Assembly: GCA_028826165.1 (NCBI GenBank)
Contig: JAPDFW010000109.1
Coordinates: 1 to 64,000 of the forward strand
Direction: 5' to 3'
Length of the DNA: 64,000 nucleotides
Origin: Anaeramoeba ignava BMAN
Lineage: Eukaryota > Protista > Anaeramoebae
The position numbers were made by a program, and so were the translations under genes. The notes below the pieces were generated by a model that was not told the DNA's origin, did not search any database, and worked only from the letters and a program-made list of their open reading frames with translations. Within the stretch, counting starts at the first letter, position 1; every line of letters starts with the position of its first letter. This document shows, piece by piece, positions 27,930 to 41,474 of this stretch.

Positions 27930-29452
27930 ATGACATCAACTACAAAAATATACAATACATTCAGTATTTTAAATACAAAAGGATTAGCATTAGGATTAAT
28001 GATATTATTAACGTTATTATATTTAGCAGCAGGAATAATAACATTGATTGAAATGACTAAACATTTGCGTTTTTTTTTGTATATGAAAATCAAAACAAAA
28101 ATCAAAATGAAGTTTTAATTGTTGAAGGAAAAAAAATATAAATAAATAAATAAATATTAAATATTTACAGAGCAACAACTGCTCATTCACAAACTACTAA
28201 GAAAATTCGAGGTTTTCGAGTTGTTATTCTTTTTATTTCTGCTTGGTTCATGATTCATCAAGGTTGTATTTCGATGTTTGGATTCAGTTCAAACCATCTT
28301 TATGTTCTATTTATTGTTGCTTATGCTATCCCTTTTTATCTTCAATTCTGCTCGTATAATATTTGATTTAAATATTTACTTTATATATTTATTTTATTTT
28401 AAATATTTGTTTTGATTTTGATTTTGATTTTAATATTTTTTTTAAATATTTATTTTGATTTTTAAATATTTTTGAATATTTGATTTTTTGAATATTTGAT
28501 TTTAAAAAACATTTATTTTGGATATTTTGAATATTTTATTTTAATTATTTTGATTGAATATTTATTTTGAAAATATTTACTTTAAAATTATTTGATTTTT
28601 AAATATTTATTTTAAATATTTATTTGAATATTTTTTATTTATTTTAAATTTTTTTGATTTTTAAATATTTATTTTAAATATTGATTTTGAATATTTTTAT
28701 TTATTTTTTGAAATATTTATTTTAAATATTTATTTTGATTTTAAAATATTTATTTTGAATATTTATTTTAATTATTGAAAATTTTGAATATTTTAAATAT
28801 TTATTTTTAAATATTTATTTTGATTTTAAATATTTGATTTGATTTGATTTTGATTTTATTATTTTGATTTGAAAAAAAAAGATATATCCTTCTTACATGG
28901 TTACTAGGAATAATTCGCTATGCTACAATATCAAACCAAAAGGCAATCAAAAAGGTCTTAAACCCAATATTCATTGTAGTTCTTATAATATCATTTGGGC
29001 TTTTACTTTTTTCAGGAAATTATTACAGTAACGAGAAAATGCAGTTTGTAGTGAGCGGATTTATATTTTTGCTTCTTGTATTATTTCTTGGAACATCAGC
29101 ATATTTATTTTATAGATTTATAACAAGATTAAGCATGTCTTTCCAGTCTCGAAGTCGAGTGAAAATTTTCATGAATTTAATCATTTTCAATTCAACTTTG
29201 TTTCTATTGCGAGCAATATATGATTTCATTAATGTCGGAACAACAAAAATCATCGACTGGAGCACTAAGGATGACAATACCTTTTTCCCTTTTTATTTTG
29301 TTTGGATGATTATTTTTGAAATATTGCCAGTTGTTGTTCTTGTTTTGGCTTTTCATATGAACATTTCAAATGAAATGGGAAGAAAAGGAAGTCTTACTTC
29401 TATTAATACTCGTTATCATGATATAGAGGATGATGAAGATGAAAGTGATTGA
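27930..29452 (+). CDS. Multi-pass (about 7 TM) membrane protein, GPR137/THH1-TOM1-TOM3-like; 3 exons
   Basis: Hydrophobic segments GLALGLMILLTLLYLAAGIITLI, IVAYAIPFYLQFCS, TLFLLRAIYD and FVWMIIFEILPVVVLVLAF, joined by GT-AG introns. The family call rests on motif resemblance only. Confidence 0.65.
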
Positions 29453-29653
29453 TTTTATAATTGTTTTGTTTTTGTTTTTGTTTTTGAAAACAAAAATCGG
29501 AATAAAATTTAAAATTTAAAATTTAAAAAATTATAACTTTTAATTAATTTGTAAATTAAAATTAAAATTAAAATTAAAATTAAAATTAAAATTAAAATTA
29601 AAATTTTAAATGAAATTTTAAATGAAAATTAACAACAAAAACAATAAAAACAA

Positions 29654-32600
29654 TCAGTCTGGCTGGAACTGGAGTGATAGTTCCCACATTTGGGATTCAG
29701 TAATAATAAAAGAATCTGAAGAAAAAAAAGATTGAATCAAAGGAACTTGAGGGAATTCATAAGAAACAGATTGGAAAGACTTGAGCTCCTTTATGACTCT
29801 ATACATGCGCCTTCGCTTAGTCCAAAAAATAAGAGAGTCCGCAATGCGGCTTGGGAGTTCCTCGATCTTTGTGAGGTCAGATAGATAGAGACCGAGATAG
29901 GGAAGAGCAGGACGGGGTGATTTCTTGAGCTCATTGCGCATAGTTTTGAACCCACCGATAGCACCAGTGAGATTATCGAGATCGTAGAACTTAGTCATGG
30001 CTTTCTGAGGGACAAGTTCCCATGAGCGGGTGAGCCTGTCGACGGTTACGTGCTGCAAACCAGAGATAACGGCCATGGCATCGTTGTAATTTCTTAATAA
30101 AATTAATTGCTCAGTAAGCTCAATTAACCGCGACATAATCTTCGCCCGCGGCTTCAGCTTTTCATAGCGCAGAATCACGCAAGTCACAAATGTTGCCAGA
30201 TGATTGAACCACTCGACCATGGAAATGATATTCGGGCTCAACGTCTTCTTGCTTCTTTTTGCCCATGAGATGTTCAGTAGTTCTTTTGTTTGGATTTTCG
30301 AGAAGTATCCAAAAGTGATGCTTGTTAATTGCCGCGCGGCTTCGTCTGGTGAGATGTCCTCGAACCCAAGCTTCTCCAAAGAAGTGATTTTCGGCACTTT
30401 TGGTTTCCAATTTGGAAAGTCCTTGATGTATATTTCTTGGCGAAATAACCCGCCGTTCTTGTTCGTTTCTATTCCATCTTCTGACGAGAAATCCTCGTCC
30501 TCTTTGATTCGCACCATCTTCATAGGTCCTGTTTTCTGCGGCGCTCCCTTTTGCGATCGTTTTGGTTGGCAACATTTTTCTTTTTTGTCAAAATTCCCAT
30601 TGTCTTTAATTTCTTCAGGAAAGTTTTCCTGTTTTGTCTCCTCTTTTCCCCCGTTTCGAATCAGCTGCAGCAACTGGTGTCCGCGCTGTTGGAACCTTCG
30701 GTCGTTATGTGTTACTAGGATGTTTGTCGCAAAATTTTGGATCATCGACTTCACTTCGTGTGAAATCTTATTCAAGCTACTTTTGCAGAATCGGTAGATC
30801 ACTCGAATCACGCTTGATTGAATCCTGCGCTTCTCGTGCGCGCTGAACATGTTTCCGTTCTGCGGATGCGTGTCGGGAACTTCGAACCGCTCGAACATTT
30901 TCTGCAGAAAAGTCTCGTCATCCGTAATTGTTGGGAGTAACTCAATAAACATGTCCAGGAACTCTCCCATTATTGTTGAGGGTGAGGTCACGATTTCAAC
31001 AAGCTTGTTCAGGCTAAGCGCCTTGATCCGCTCTACAGAGAATGTTTCATCGAGCGGATCGTTGTTCTGTGTTTCTGTGTCTTGCTCCAAAACGAGCACA
31101 ATTCCTTTGCCTTTGTAAGAGTCCCAAAACGGAATTAAATCTGGATTTGTTTCTGAAAAATTCATTTCGAAATCGATGTCGATATTTTCTTCTTGAGGGT
31201 TATTAGAATTATTTTTCTTATCAATATCAACAACTTCCAACTGCAATTCATTTTCATTTGGATTCAAATTATTATTATTATTATCATTATTATTATTATT
31301 ATTTCCTATTTGATTTGTTTGTGATCGTCTCAATCCGTTGGCGTCTTCCACAATGCTATTTAGAGATGTAAAAGATACACTCGGTTTGATTGGTGTTTCT
31401 AAGCTTTCTTGTATGTTTGTTATAAGCTTCAATGTATCTCCAACCTTGATTTCCTGAAGGCACAAAGGCAGATCATCGCTCAGTAGTATTAATTCTAATA
31501 TCTGCTTTCCTTTCTCCTTCGTGTTTTCGTTGTGTCTCTTCTGGCTGTATGGGTTGGGTTCGTTTGTTAGATCATATTCGCTAAGGTCGTCGTATCCGTA
31601 AATGACTTGGAATACTGAGAATTTTTTTGCTGACCGAAGACCCAGGAATATTCGGCAAAATTCGTTTATTAAAATTTTGATTTGTGTTGTGAAGTCCACC
31701 ATTAATTGCTCTTCTTTTTGTGTTTTTTCTCCTGTTTGTTTATCTATTGATGGGTAGATGATGTTAATTTTGCCTGGTCTTGGTTGGAATTTAGCGAAGA
31801 TGTAACCGCCAACCTTTTTTTTTTTTAATTTTTTAATTTTGATTTTGAAATGAATTTTAATTTTTTAATTTTAATTTTGAAATGAATTTTAATTTTGAAA
31901 TAAATTTTAATTTTAAATTTTAATTTTAATTTTGAAATGAATTTTAATTTTGAAATGAATTTTAATTTGAATTTTAATTTTGATTTTGAAATGAATTTTG
32001 AATTTTGAATTTTGAAATGAATTTTAATTTTAATTTTAATTTTGATTTTGATTTAAATTTTAATTTCAATTTTAATTTTAATTTTAATTTTGAAATGAAT
32101 TTTAATTTTGAAATAAATTTTAATTTTAATTTTAATTTTAATTTTAATTTTGATTTTAATTTTGATTTTAATTTTAATTTTGAAATGAATTTTAAATTTT
32201 AATTTTATAAATGAATTTTAATTTTGATTTTAATTTTGATTTTAATTTTGATTTTAATTTTGATTTTAATTTTGATTTTAATTTTGATTTTAATTTTAAT
32301 TTTGAAATGAATTTTAATTTTAATTTTAATTTTAATTTTAATTTTAATTTTAATTTTAATTTTAATTTTGAAATGAATTTTAATTTTGATTTTAATTTTG
32401 ATTTTAATTTTGATTTTAATTTTGATTTTAATTTTAATTTTGATTTTGATTTTGATTTTAATTTTAATTTTAATTTTGATTTTAATTTTAATTTTGAATT
32501 TAATTTTAATTTTAATTTTGATTTTGAAATAAATTTTAATTTTAATTTTAATTTTAATTTTAATTTTGAAATGAATTTTAATTTTAATTTTGATTTTAAT

Positions 32601-35600
32601 TTTAATTTTAATTTGAATTTTAATTTTGATTTTGAAATAAATTTTAATTTTAATTTTAATTTTAATTTTAATTTTAATTTTAATTTTAATTTTAATTTTA
32701 ATTTTAATTTTAATTTTAATTTTAATTTTAATTTTAATTTTAATTTTGATTTAAATTTTAATTTTGAAATGAATTTTAATTTTGAAATGAATTTTGATTT
32801 TAATTTTAATTTTTAAAATGAATCCTAATTGAATTTGTACATGATACTGTGAAACATAACTAGAAAGCTTCCGCTTCTTTCGTTCTTCCATCCAAATTCC
32901 AAACGCATTATCAGCACTCAAAGTAGGATAAGCCTTACCAAACTGTTGATTTTTTTCAACAGGAACAAAAGAAACATGTTGAATTTCATAAGTAGATTCT
33001 ATTCCACTTTTAAAAGAACCATCAAGTTCAGATCGGGAAACCTTTTTAGGAATTTTAAGGAGAAGACCATATTCTTGCTTGGAAGCATGGAGCTCAAAGC
33101 AGAGCTTAGCAAGGACTGTAGAAACTAATGTATTAACAGGAAAAGTGACATGACGTGGTTGAAGATCCTTTGGATCAGGTGGAAGAATGATATCCAAATT
33201 ATCAGGTGGTAACTTCCGGATCTGAATCTGTTTGTCTCGATATGCTGATATTAAAGAGTCATTTGGAATAAAATCCCCATCAATGAGAAATGATGCATCT
33301 AAAATTTGGATCGATATATTTCGCGCTATTGTTGGATTTGGCGCCTCTTCTTTAGCCCATTCTCCGTCTTCAAAACTGCCAAAAAGTCCGTATATTTCTT
33401 GCGAGATACGATATCTTCTTGCAAATTCTCTTATTATTTCTCCTGCTGTTGTTGTTTCTTGTCCTAAAAAAGCTTCTACTACACCATCAGGTAATTTTAT
33501 TTGAAGTGTGAAGCGTTTTGTTTCTTCTATAATTTTTTCTTGTTTCTTTTTGGTTTCTTTGGTTTTTCTTTTAGACCAATTTATTTGTGCGAGGTTTTCA
33601 AGATCAAAACTTTCTTTCTATTATTTAAATTTTTAATTTTTAATTTAAATTTTTAATTTTTGAATTTTTAATTTTTAAATTGAATTTTTAATTTTAAAAT
33701 GAAAATCCTTACTTTATCAAAAAGATCAAAATCAAAATCAAAAAATTCTAATCTTCTCTTTGAATTATCAGATAAACTAGAAACAAAACTCTTCAAAGAA
33801 TCACAAAAATCTGGATCAAGATTCATATGAAGAGATTGAATAACAGTAGCAATTCTTCCAAGTAAAATCAAGGAATACATTTGTATATCTTTTGGAGTTG
33901 AATCAGCACGAACAAGCTCAACAATCTCATTAAGATCCATTTGTCTATCAACAATTCTTGGAAATTGAGGTTTTCTTTTTGAAGAAACATAAGAGCGAAG
34001 AATATCAAATAAACACAAAGGAATAACAACTGGTGTGATTAATGTTTCTATTTCTAAATTCAATAATGCTGGATCTGCTTTTGTGGCTAATTCTGAAAAG
34101 AATGTACTATTCTTTGCAAGATTGATTAATGTTTTCAGTATTTCAACTCTTTTTTTATGTTTTGTTTGCTCTCCTAAATTGTTTAAAGGAGGTATATCTT
34201 CTCCACTTTTATATTTTGAAATTAAATTTTAAAATGAAATTAAAATTAAATTAAATTTAAAATTAAAATTAAATTAAATTAAAATTCAATTAAATTAAAT
34301 TAAAATTCAATTAAATTAAATTAAAATTAAATTAAATTAAATTAAAATTAAAAATTAAATTAAATTAAATTAAAATTAAATTAAATTAAATTAAATTCAA
34401 AATTAAATTAAAATTAAATTAAAATTAAAATTAAATTAAAATTAAATTAAATTAAATTAAATTAAAATTAAATTAAATTAAATTAAATTAAAATTAAATT
34501 AAATTCAAAATTAAATTAAATTCAAATTCAAAATTAAATTAAATTCACTTTGCAGAATCTTTAGAAAATGAAAATGGTGTTTCGGGAAGTCGAGATAAAA
34601 CATAATAAAACAAAGCAATTCCTTTTATTCCAATCAAAAGCTTCATTTTCTTCATACATTGTTGACTAAAAAACTTATACATTTTGGAATACATTGTCAT
34701 CCAAGTCAACATTTTATCACTAGAAACAGAAGTAATAGTACGATAATTCATAAAACTCTTTTGTGAATTTTCATTTGAATTCATATTATCCAAAGGATCA
34801 AGATTATCGATGTCATCATCAAGTGGAATATCAGGAATATCCTGTTGTTGATTGTTGTCATTCATACCTATTAATTGTTTCTTATTATCCAGTAAATCGA
34901 TATTGATGACTAAATTTTGAGGTGATGAAACTAATTGAGAATCATGATGCCTCAATACATTGCTAAATGATTTAGATTTCATTTTCATTGATAAAGGTCT
35001 TTGTGGTAAATTATTTTGTCGTGTAAATCCCTTTTTTTGTACATGTCTTGGTGATATTAAATAATGATCTGTTTTCATTCCTGATTTTTCAACTTCGTTA
35101 TCTTCTTCATCTTGGTGCATTGCTAAAAATCTTCGTTTCTTTTCTAAACTAAGTCCTTCAATTATTTGTCTTTTTGCTGGATCGATTCTTTTTTAATTTA
35201 TAATTTATAATTTATAATTTATAATTTTAATTTATAATTTATAATAATTTATAATTTTTAATTTATAATTTATAATTTATAATTTATAATTTATAATTTA
35301 TAATTTATAATTTATAATTTATAATTTATAATTTTAATTTTAATTTATAATTTTTAATTTATAATTTATAATTTTTAATTTATAATTTTTAATTTATAAT
35401 TTTTAATTTATAATTTTTAATTTATAATTTTAATTTTAATTTATAATTTATAATTAATAATTTATAATTTATAATTTATAATTTATAATTAATAATTTAT
35501 AATTTTTAATTTATAATTTTTAATTTTTAATTTTTAATTTTTAATTTATAATTTTTAATTTTTAATTTATAATTTTTAATTTTTAATTTTTAAATTTGTT

Positions 35601-37643
35601 GAATTGATTTAAATTAAAATGGAATGATAAAAATAGATCATCAAATACCCCCATTCATCTAGTAATTTTTTTAATTCAATTTGTATTTGTTCCTCTGAAA
35701 TAGCTTGTTGATCCAAAGGAACAGAAACAGATTCAGGAACAACAAGAACACGTTTTCGTGATCCTTGACTAAGATTTAAAGTTTGTGGTCTTTTTCTACG
35801 TGCTTTTTTGGGTGATTTTGAGTTGGTTAATTTCCCTGGCTTAATTGGTGCTTGTGTAAAATCTGGTGCTGCTATTGTTATTGAGATTATGATTTTCTTT
35901 TTTAATAAATTTTTTCCTTTTTTTTCTTTTTGTTGTTAAATTTTTTTTCAAACCTTTTCCCATTATTTGTCTTTTTTCTTTAACAATTCTTGGTTTACTT
36001 TCTCGTCCTTTTTTTCTTTCTTTCTTTTTGGGTGTTTTCTTTTGTATATTTTTATGAATTACTGTTAACACTTTTTGAATATCCTCTTTTTCTAACTGTT
36101 TTTAAATTATTTTATTAATTATTTTATTAATTATTTTATTAATTATTTTATTAATTATTTTATTAATTATTTTATTAATTATTTTATTAATTATTTTATT
36201 AATTATTTTATAAATTATTTTATTAATTATTTTATTATTTATTTTATAAATTATTTTATTAATTATTTTATTATTTATTTTATTAATTATTTTATTATTT
36301 ATTTTATTAATTATTTTATAAATTATTTTATTAATTATTTTATTAATTATTTTAATAATTATTTTATTAATTATTTTATAAATTATTTTATTAAGTATTT
36401 TATTAATTATTTTATTAATTATTTTATTTATTATTTTATAAATTATTTTTATAAATTATTTTATTAATTATTTTATAAATTATTTTATTAATTATTTTAT
36501 TATTTATTTTTATTAATTATTTTATAAATTATTTTATTAATTATTTTATTAATTATTTTATAAATTATTTTATAAATTATTTTATAAATTATTTTATTAA
36601 TTATTTTATTAATTATTTTATTAATTATTTTATTAATTATTTTATTAATTATTTTATTAATTATTTTATTATTTATTTTATTAATTATTTTATTAATTAT
36701 TTTATAAATTATTTTATAAATTATTTTATAAATTATTTTTATAAATTATTTTATAAATTATTTTATAAATTATTTTATTAATTATTTTATTAATTATTTT
36801 ATTAATTATTTTATTAATTATTTTATTAATTATTTTATTAATTATTTTTATTAAATTATTTTATAAATTATTATTTTATTAATTATTTTATAAATTATTT
36901 TATTATTTTATTTATTATTTTATTAATTATTTTTATTAATTATTTTATAAATTATTTTATTAATTATTTTATTATTTATTTTATAAATTATTTTATTAAT
37001 TATTTTTTATTAATTATTTTATTAATTATTTTATTAATTATTTTATTAATTATTTTTTATTAATTATTTTATTAATTATTTTTATAAATTATTTTATTAA
37101 TTATTTTATTATTTATTTTATTAATTATTTTATAAATTATTTTATTAATTATTTTATTAATTATTTTATTAATTATTTTATTAATTATTTTATTAATTAT
37201 TTTATTTATTATTTTATTAATTATTTTATTAATTATTTTATTAATTATTTTATAAATTATTTTATTAATTATTTTATTTATTATTTTATTAATTATTTTA
37301 TTAATTATTTTATTAATTATTTTATTTATTATTTTATAAATTATTTTATTAATTATTTTATTAATTATTTTATAAATTATTTTATAAATTATTTTATTAA
37401 TTATTTTATAAATTATTTTATTAATTATTTTATTAATTATTTTTATGTTTGATAATTGAAAACTATTTAATTAAGCTTTTTTTTTTGCTTTTTGGTTTTT
37501 TTTAAATCATTTTCAATTCATTTTGAAACGAAATTTACTCTTTGAGTTCTATGGAAGTTATCTGTTGGTTGATTTCCAAATGAAATTGTTTTGGATCTTG
37601 TAAATGAATGAGTATCAGTTGAAAATTGATTATTTCGACTCAT
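29654..37643 (-). CDS. Large RasGEF (REM + CDC25) with N-terminal formin-GBD-like segment and talin/FERM-like ubiquitin folds; 7 exons
   Basis: The last exon has IKALSLNKLVE (REM), EAARQLT, LRNYNDAMAVISGL and PALPYLGLYLSDLT (CDC25). Upstream exons join by GT-AG introns from ATG 37643 (MSRNNQF). LLDEWG|IDPAKRQIIEGLSLEKKRRFL resembles Drf_GBD. Confidence 0.85.
31830..32815. repeat. Intronic (TTTTAA/TTTTGA)n array
   Basis: Lies inside the last RasGEF intron. Confidence 0.95.
36105..37440. repeat. Intronic (ATTTTATTAATT)n 12-mer array
   Basis: Lies inside RasGEF intron 1. Confidence 0.95.
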
Positions 37644-37849
37644 TTCGTTTTATTTTAAAAGAAAAAAATTATTTTTTTTTTGATATAAAAAAGAATAAAG
37701 AAATTTTTAATGGAAATTTTGAATTGAAATTTTGAATTGAATTGAAAGGAATAAACAACAAAGAAAAAAAAAATTAAAATCGAAAAAAATGAAAAAAAAA
37801 ATGAAAAAAATTTTTTATTAATTTTTTCTTATTATTATTCATTTTTACT

Positions 37850-39150
37850 AATTTTTATTCATTCTTTTTTTAATTAATTTTATTTTAATATTTTTAAATA
37901 AAATTAATTTAAATTTTATTTATAATTTTAATCTATTTTTATTTCTCAAATTAATTTATATTTTAATTATAATTATTCTTGTTTTTATTTTATATATTTT
38001 TTATTTAATATTTTTAATTAATTTTATTTTAATATTTTTAAATAAAATTAATTTAAATTTTATTTATAATTTTAATCTATTTTTATTTCCTAAATTAATT
38101 TATATTTTAATTATAATTATCCTTGTTTTTATTTTAGATATTTTTATTCAATTTATTTAATTTTTAATATTTATAAATAAAATTAATTTAAATTTTATTT
38201 ATAATTTTAATCTATTTTTATTTCTCAAATTAATTTATATTTTAATTATAATTATTCTTGTTTTTATTTTAGATATTTTTATTTAATATTTTTAATTAAT
38301 TTTATTTTAATATTTTTAAATAAAATTAATTTAAATTTTATTTATAATTTTAATTTATTTTTATTTCCTAAATTAATTTATATTTTAATTATAATTATTC
38401 CTATTTTTATTTTTAGATATTTTTATTTAATATTTTTAATTAAATTTATTTTTAATATTTTTAAATAAAATTAATTTAAATTTTATTTATAATTTTAATC
38501 TATTTTTATTTCCTAAATTAATTTATATTTTAATTATAATTATTCCTATTTTTATTTTTAGATATTTTTATTTAATATTTTTAATTAAATTTATTTTAAT
38601 ATTTTTAAATAAAATTAATTTAAATTTAATTTATAATTTTAATCTATTTTTATTTCTCAAATTAATTTATATTTTAATTATAATTATTCTTTTTATTTTA
38701 GATATTTTTATTTAATATTTTAAATTAATTTTATTTCAATATTTTTAAATAAAATTAATTTAAATTTTATTTATAATTTTAATCTATTTTTATTTCTCAA
38801 ATTAATTTATATTTTAATTATAATTATTCTTTTTATTTTAGATATTTTTATTTAATATTTTTAATTAAATTTATTTTAATATTTTTAAATAAAATTAATT
38901 TAAATTTTATTTATAATTTTATCTATTTTTATTTCCTAAATTAATTTATATTTTAATTATAATTATTCTTGTTTTTATTTTTAGATATTTTTTTATTTAA
39001 TATTTTTATTTAATTTTTTTTAATATTTTTAAATAAAATTAATTTAAATTTTATTTATAATTTTAATCTATTTTTATTTCCTAAATTAATTTATATTTTA
39101 ATTATAATTATTCTTGTTTTTATTTTAGATATTTTTTTTTATTCAATTTA
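37850..39150. repeat. Intergenic satellite, unit about 140-145 bp, about 9 copies
   Basis: The marker aaataaaattaatttaaattttatttataattttaatctattttt occurs at about 37896, 38040, 38175, 38317, 38462, 38607, 38747, 38887 and 39030. Confidence 0.9.
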
Positions 39151-39198
39151 TTTAATTTTTTTTTTAGAAAACAATAAAATTTTAATAAAAGGAAAAAA

Positions 39199-41029
39199 TT
39201 AATTAAAATTTTGAGAATGATTTAAAATAGAAGAATGTGGAGGAGGATATTCACCAAAAGTAGGAGGAAAAGTATAAGGTTTAGAAATAGTAGTTAAAAT
39301 TTGACTTGTAATTTGAGATTCTTCAGGATTATGTTGTTTGTATTGAAATCCATCTCTTTTAGTAAGTTCTTTCTTTAAAATTATAAAAAGAAAAATAAAG
39401 AGAAAATTTTTTAAAAATTAAATAAAAAGAAAAAGAAAAAAAGGAAAGTTTGATATAATTTACTTTTACTTGATCTATTTCACCTAATAAATGTGTAACT
39501 TGAATCTTTAATAAATGATTTTCTTTTTCTAGTGAATCTACTTGATTTTCTAATTGAGATATTTTATTTTTTACTCTTTCTCTACTCATTTTAGCACTTA
39601 TTCGGTTTTTTAATTTTCTTCTCTTCTTTTTATCTTCTTCTGTTAAAGTTTTTAATTGACATCTTGGAACTACCAAAAGCATTTGTGCTTCTGCTAATTC
39701 TGCCTCTTTTTCTTGTTGTTCTTCAATGCTTAAATTATTTTTAATATTTGTTTTGTCAACTTCTTCATTTTCTTTTTTTCTTTTTTTCTTGTTTGCTTTT
39801 GTTTTTGTTTTTGTTTTTGAATTTAATTTTGATTTTGTTTTTGAATTTGATTTTGTTTTTGATTTTGATTTTCCTTTTGATTTTGATTTTGATTTTCCTT
39901 TTGATTTTCCTTTTGTTTTTTTTGCTTTTGCTTTTCCTTTTGTTTTTCCTTTTGTTTTTGTTTGCTTTCTTTGTTTTTGTGTTTGTGGTTTTATTGGTTG
40001 TATTTCTGTATTTTTCGTATAAATTTGTGAGTTACTGGTTATCTTTATTTGATTTATGTTTTCCATTTCTTTTTGATCTTCTTCTTTTGAGTTTTCAATT
40101 TGATTTAAAAAATCATTTTGAATTTGGTTTTGGATTTCATTTATAAAGTCATTTTGATTTTCAATTTCATTTTCATTTTCATTTTCGTTTTCATTTTGAT
40201 TTTCATTTTCATTTTCATTTTCATTTTCATTTTGATTTTGATTTTGATTTTGATTTTCATTTTCATTTTCATTTTGATTTTCATTTTCATTTGATTTTCA
40301 TTTTCATCTTCATTTTGATCTTCATTTTGATTTTGATTTTCATTTTGATCTTGATTTTCATTTTCATTTTGATTTTGATTTTCATTTTCATTTTGATCTT
40401 GATTTTCTTCTTTTTGATCTTCATCTTCATTTTGTGGGTATTGAGGATAATTATAATAATGAAAATGATTTTGATTTTCATTTTGATTTTGATTTTGATT
40501 TTGAATTTGATTTTGAATTTGATTTGAATTTGGATTTTGATTTGAATTAGGATTTTGATTTGAATTAGGATTTTGATTTGGATTTTGATTTTGGATTTGG
40601 ATTTGGATACTGATAATGAAATTGATTTGAATACTGATTTTGGAATTGATTTGAATACTGATTTTGAAACTGATTTGGATATTGATTTTGGAATTGATTT
40701 GGATACTGATTTGGATATTGATTTTGAAATTGTGGCTGATAAGCATTTGGATAAAAACCAATAGGTTGATTATTATTTTTTTCAAAACTATCATTTTCTT
40801 GTTTGTTTTCAACAAAGTTATCCTCTTCTTCTTGATTTTCAGTGAAATTTGAATTGGAATTAAAAATGGGTTTTGAATTTGAAATGGGATCAAATTTTCC
40901 TTTTTTTCGATGAATATCTTCTTGAATATGCTGGCAAATTTCACGCTCAACAAGTTGGTTCTGCTTTAACATTGATTGATCATGACCTTCGAATCTTGAT
41001 TGTTTGTTTCTTGAATTGCGAGAAAACAT
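39199..41029 (-). CDS. bZIP transcription factor with N/Q/E low-complexity N-terminus (two apparent frameshifts in the repeat tract)
   Basis: KKKRRKLKNRISAKMSRERVKNKISQLENQVDSLEKENHLLKIQVTHL is a basic region plus leucine zipper. The N-terminus at 41029 connects through +1/-1 shifts near 40590 and 40290. The last exon junction is uncertain. Confidence 0.8.
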
Positions 41030-41474
41030 TTTCTTTTATTTTCTTTTTGATTTAATTTAATTTGATTTGATTTATTTTGTTTTGTTTTTCTTATTTTATT
41101 TTAATTTGGCAAATAAAAAAAAAATTTATAAAGGAAATGAATATAAATTGAATAAAAAAAAAATTTAAAAAAAAAATGAAAAAAATGAAAAAAATGATTT
41201 TTTTAATTTTAATTTTAATTTTAATTTTAATTTTAATTTTGTTTTTTTTATTCAATTTGTTCATTTAATTTATTTTAACCCCCTCTTTTAATTCATTTCT
41301 TAATTATAATTTTCTTTTTTTTTATTAAAAAAATAAATAAAAAAATTAAAAGAAAATCAACAAAAAAAAATTTTTTCTTTTTTTTTTTTTTTAAAAGAAA
41401 AATTTTGAATAAGATCTTAATTTAAATTTGATTTAATTTTTTAAAATAAACAAAAATTTAAAAAATAAAAAAAT

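Noticed and set aside
28066-28170. Possible GC-AG intron in the membrane-protein gene
   Set aside because: A canonical GT donor in the correct phase exists at 28079.
28884-28892. A second ATATCCTT motif, possibly a U12 donor
   Set aside because: It lies in coding sequence (YILL) directly after a canonical AG acceptor, and the frame continues without an intron.
30162-31118. Alternative-frame and antisense ORFs over the RasGEF exon (also 18133-18603 and 39726-40146)
   Set aside because: They are shadow ORFs of real coding exons, with no recognisable motifs.
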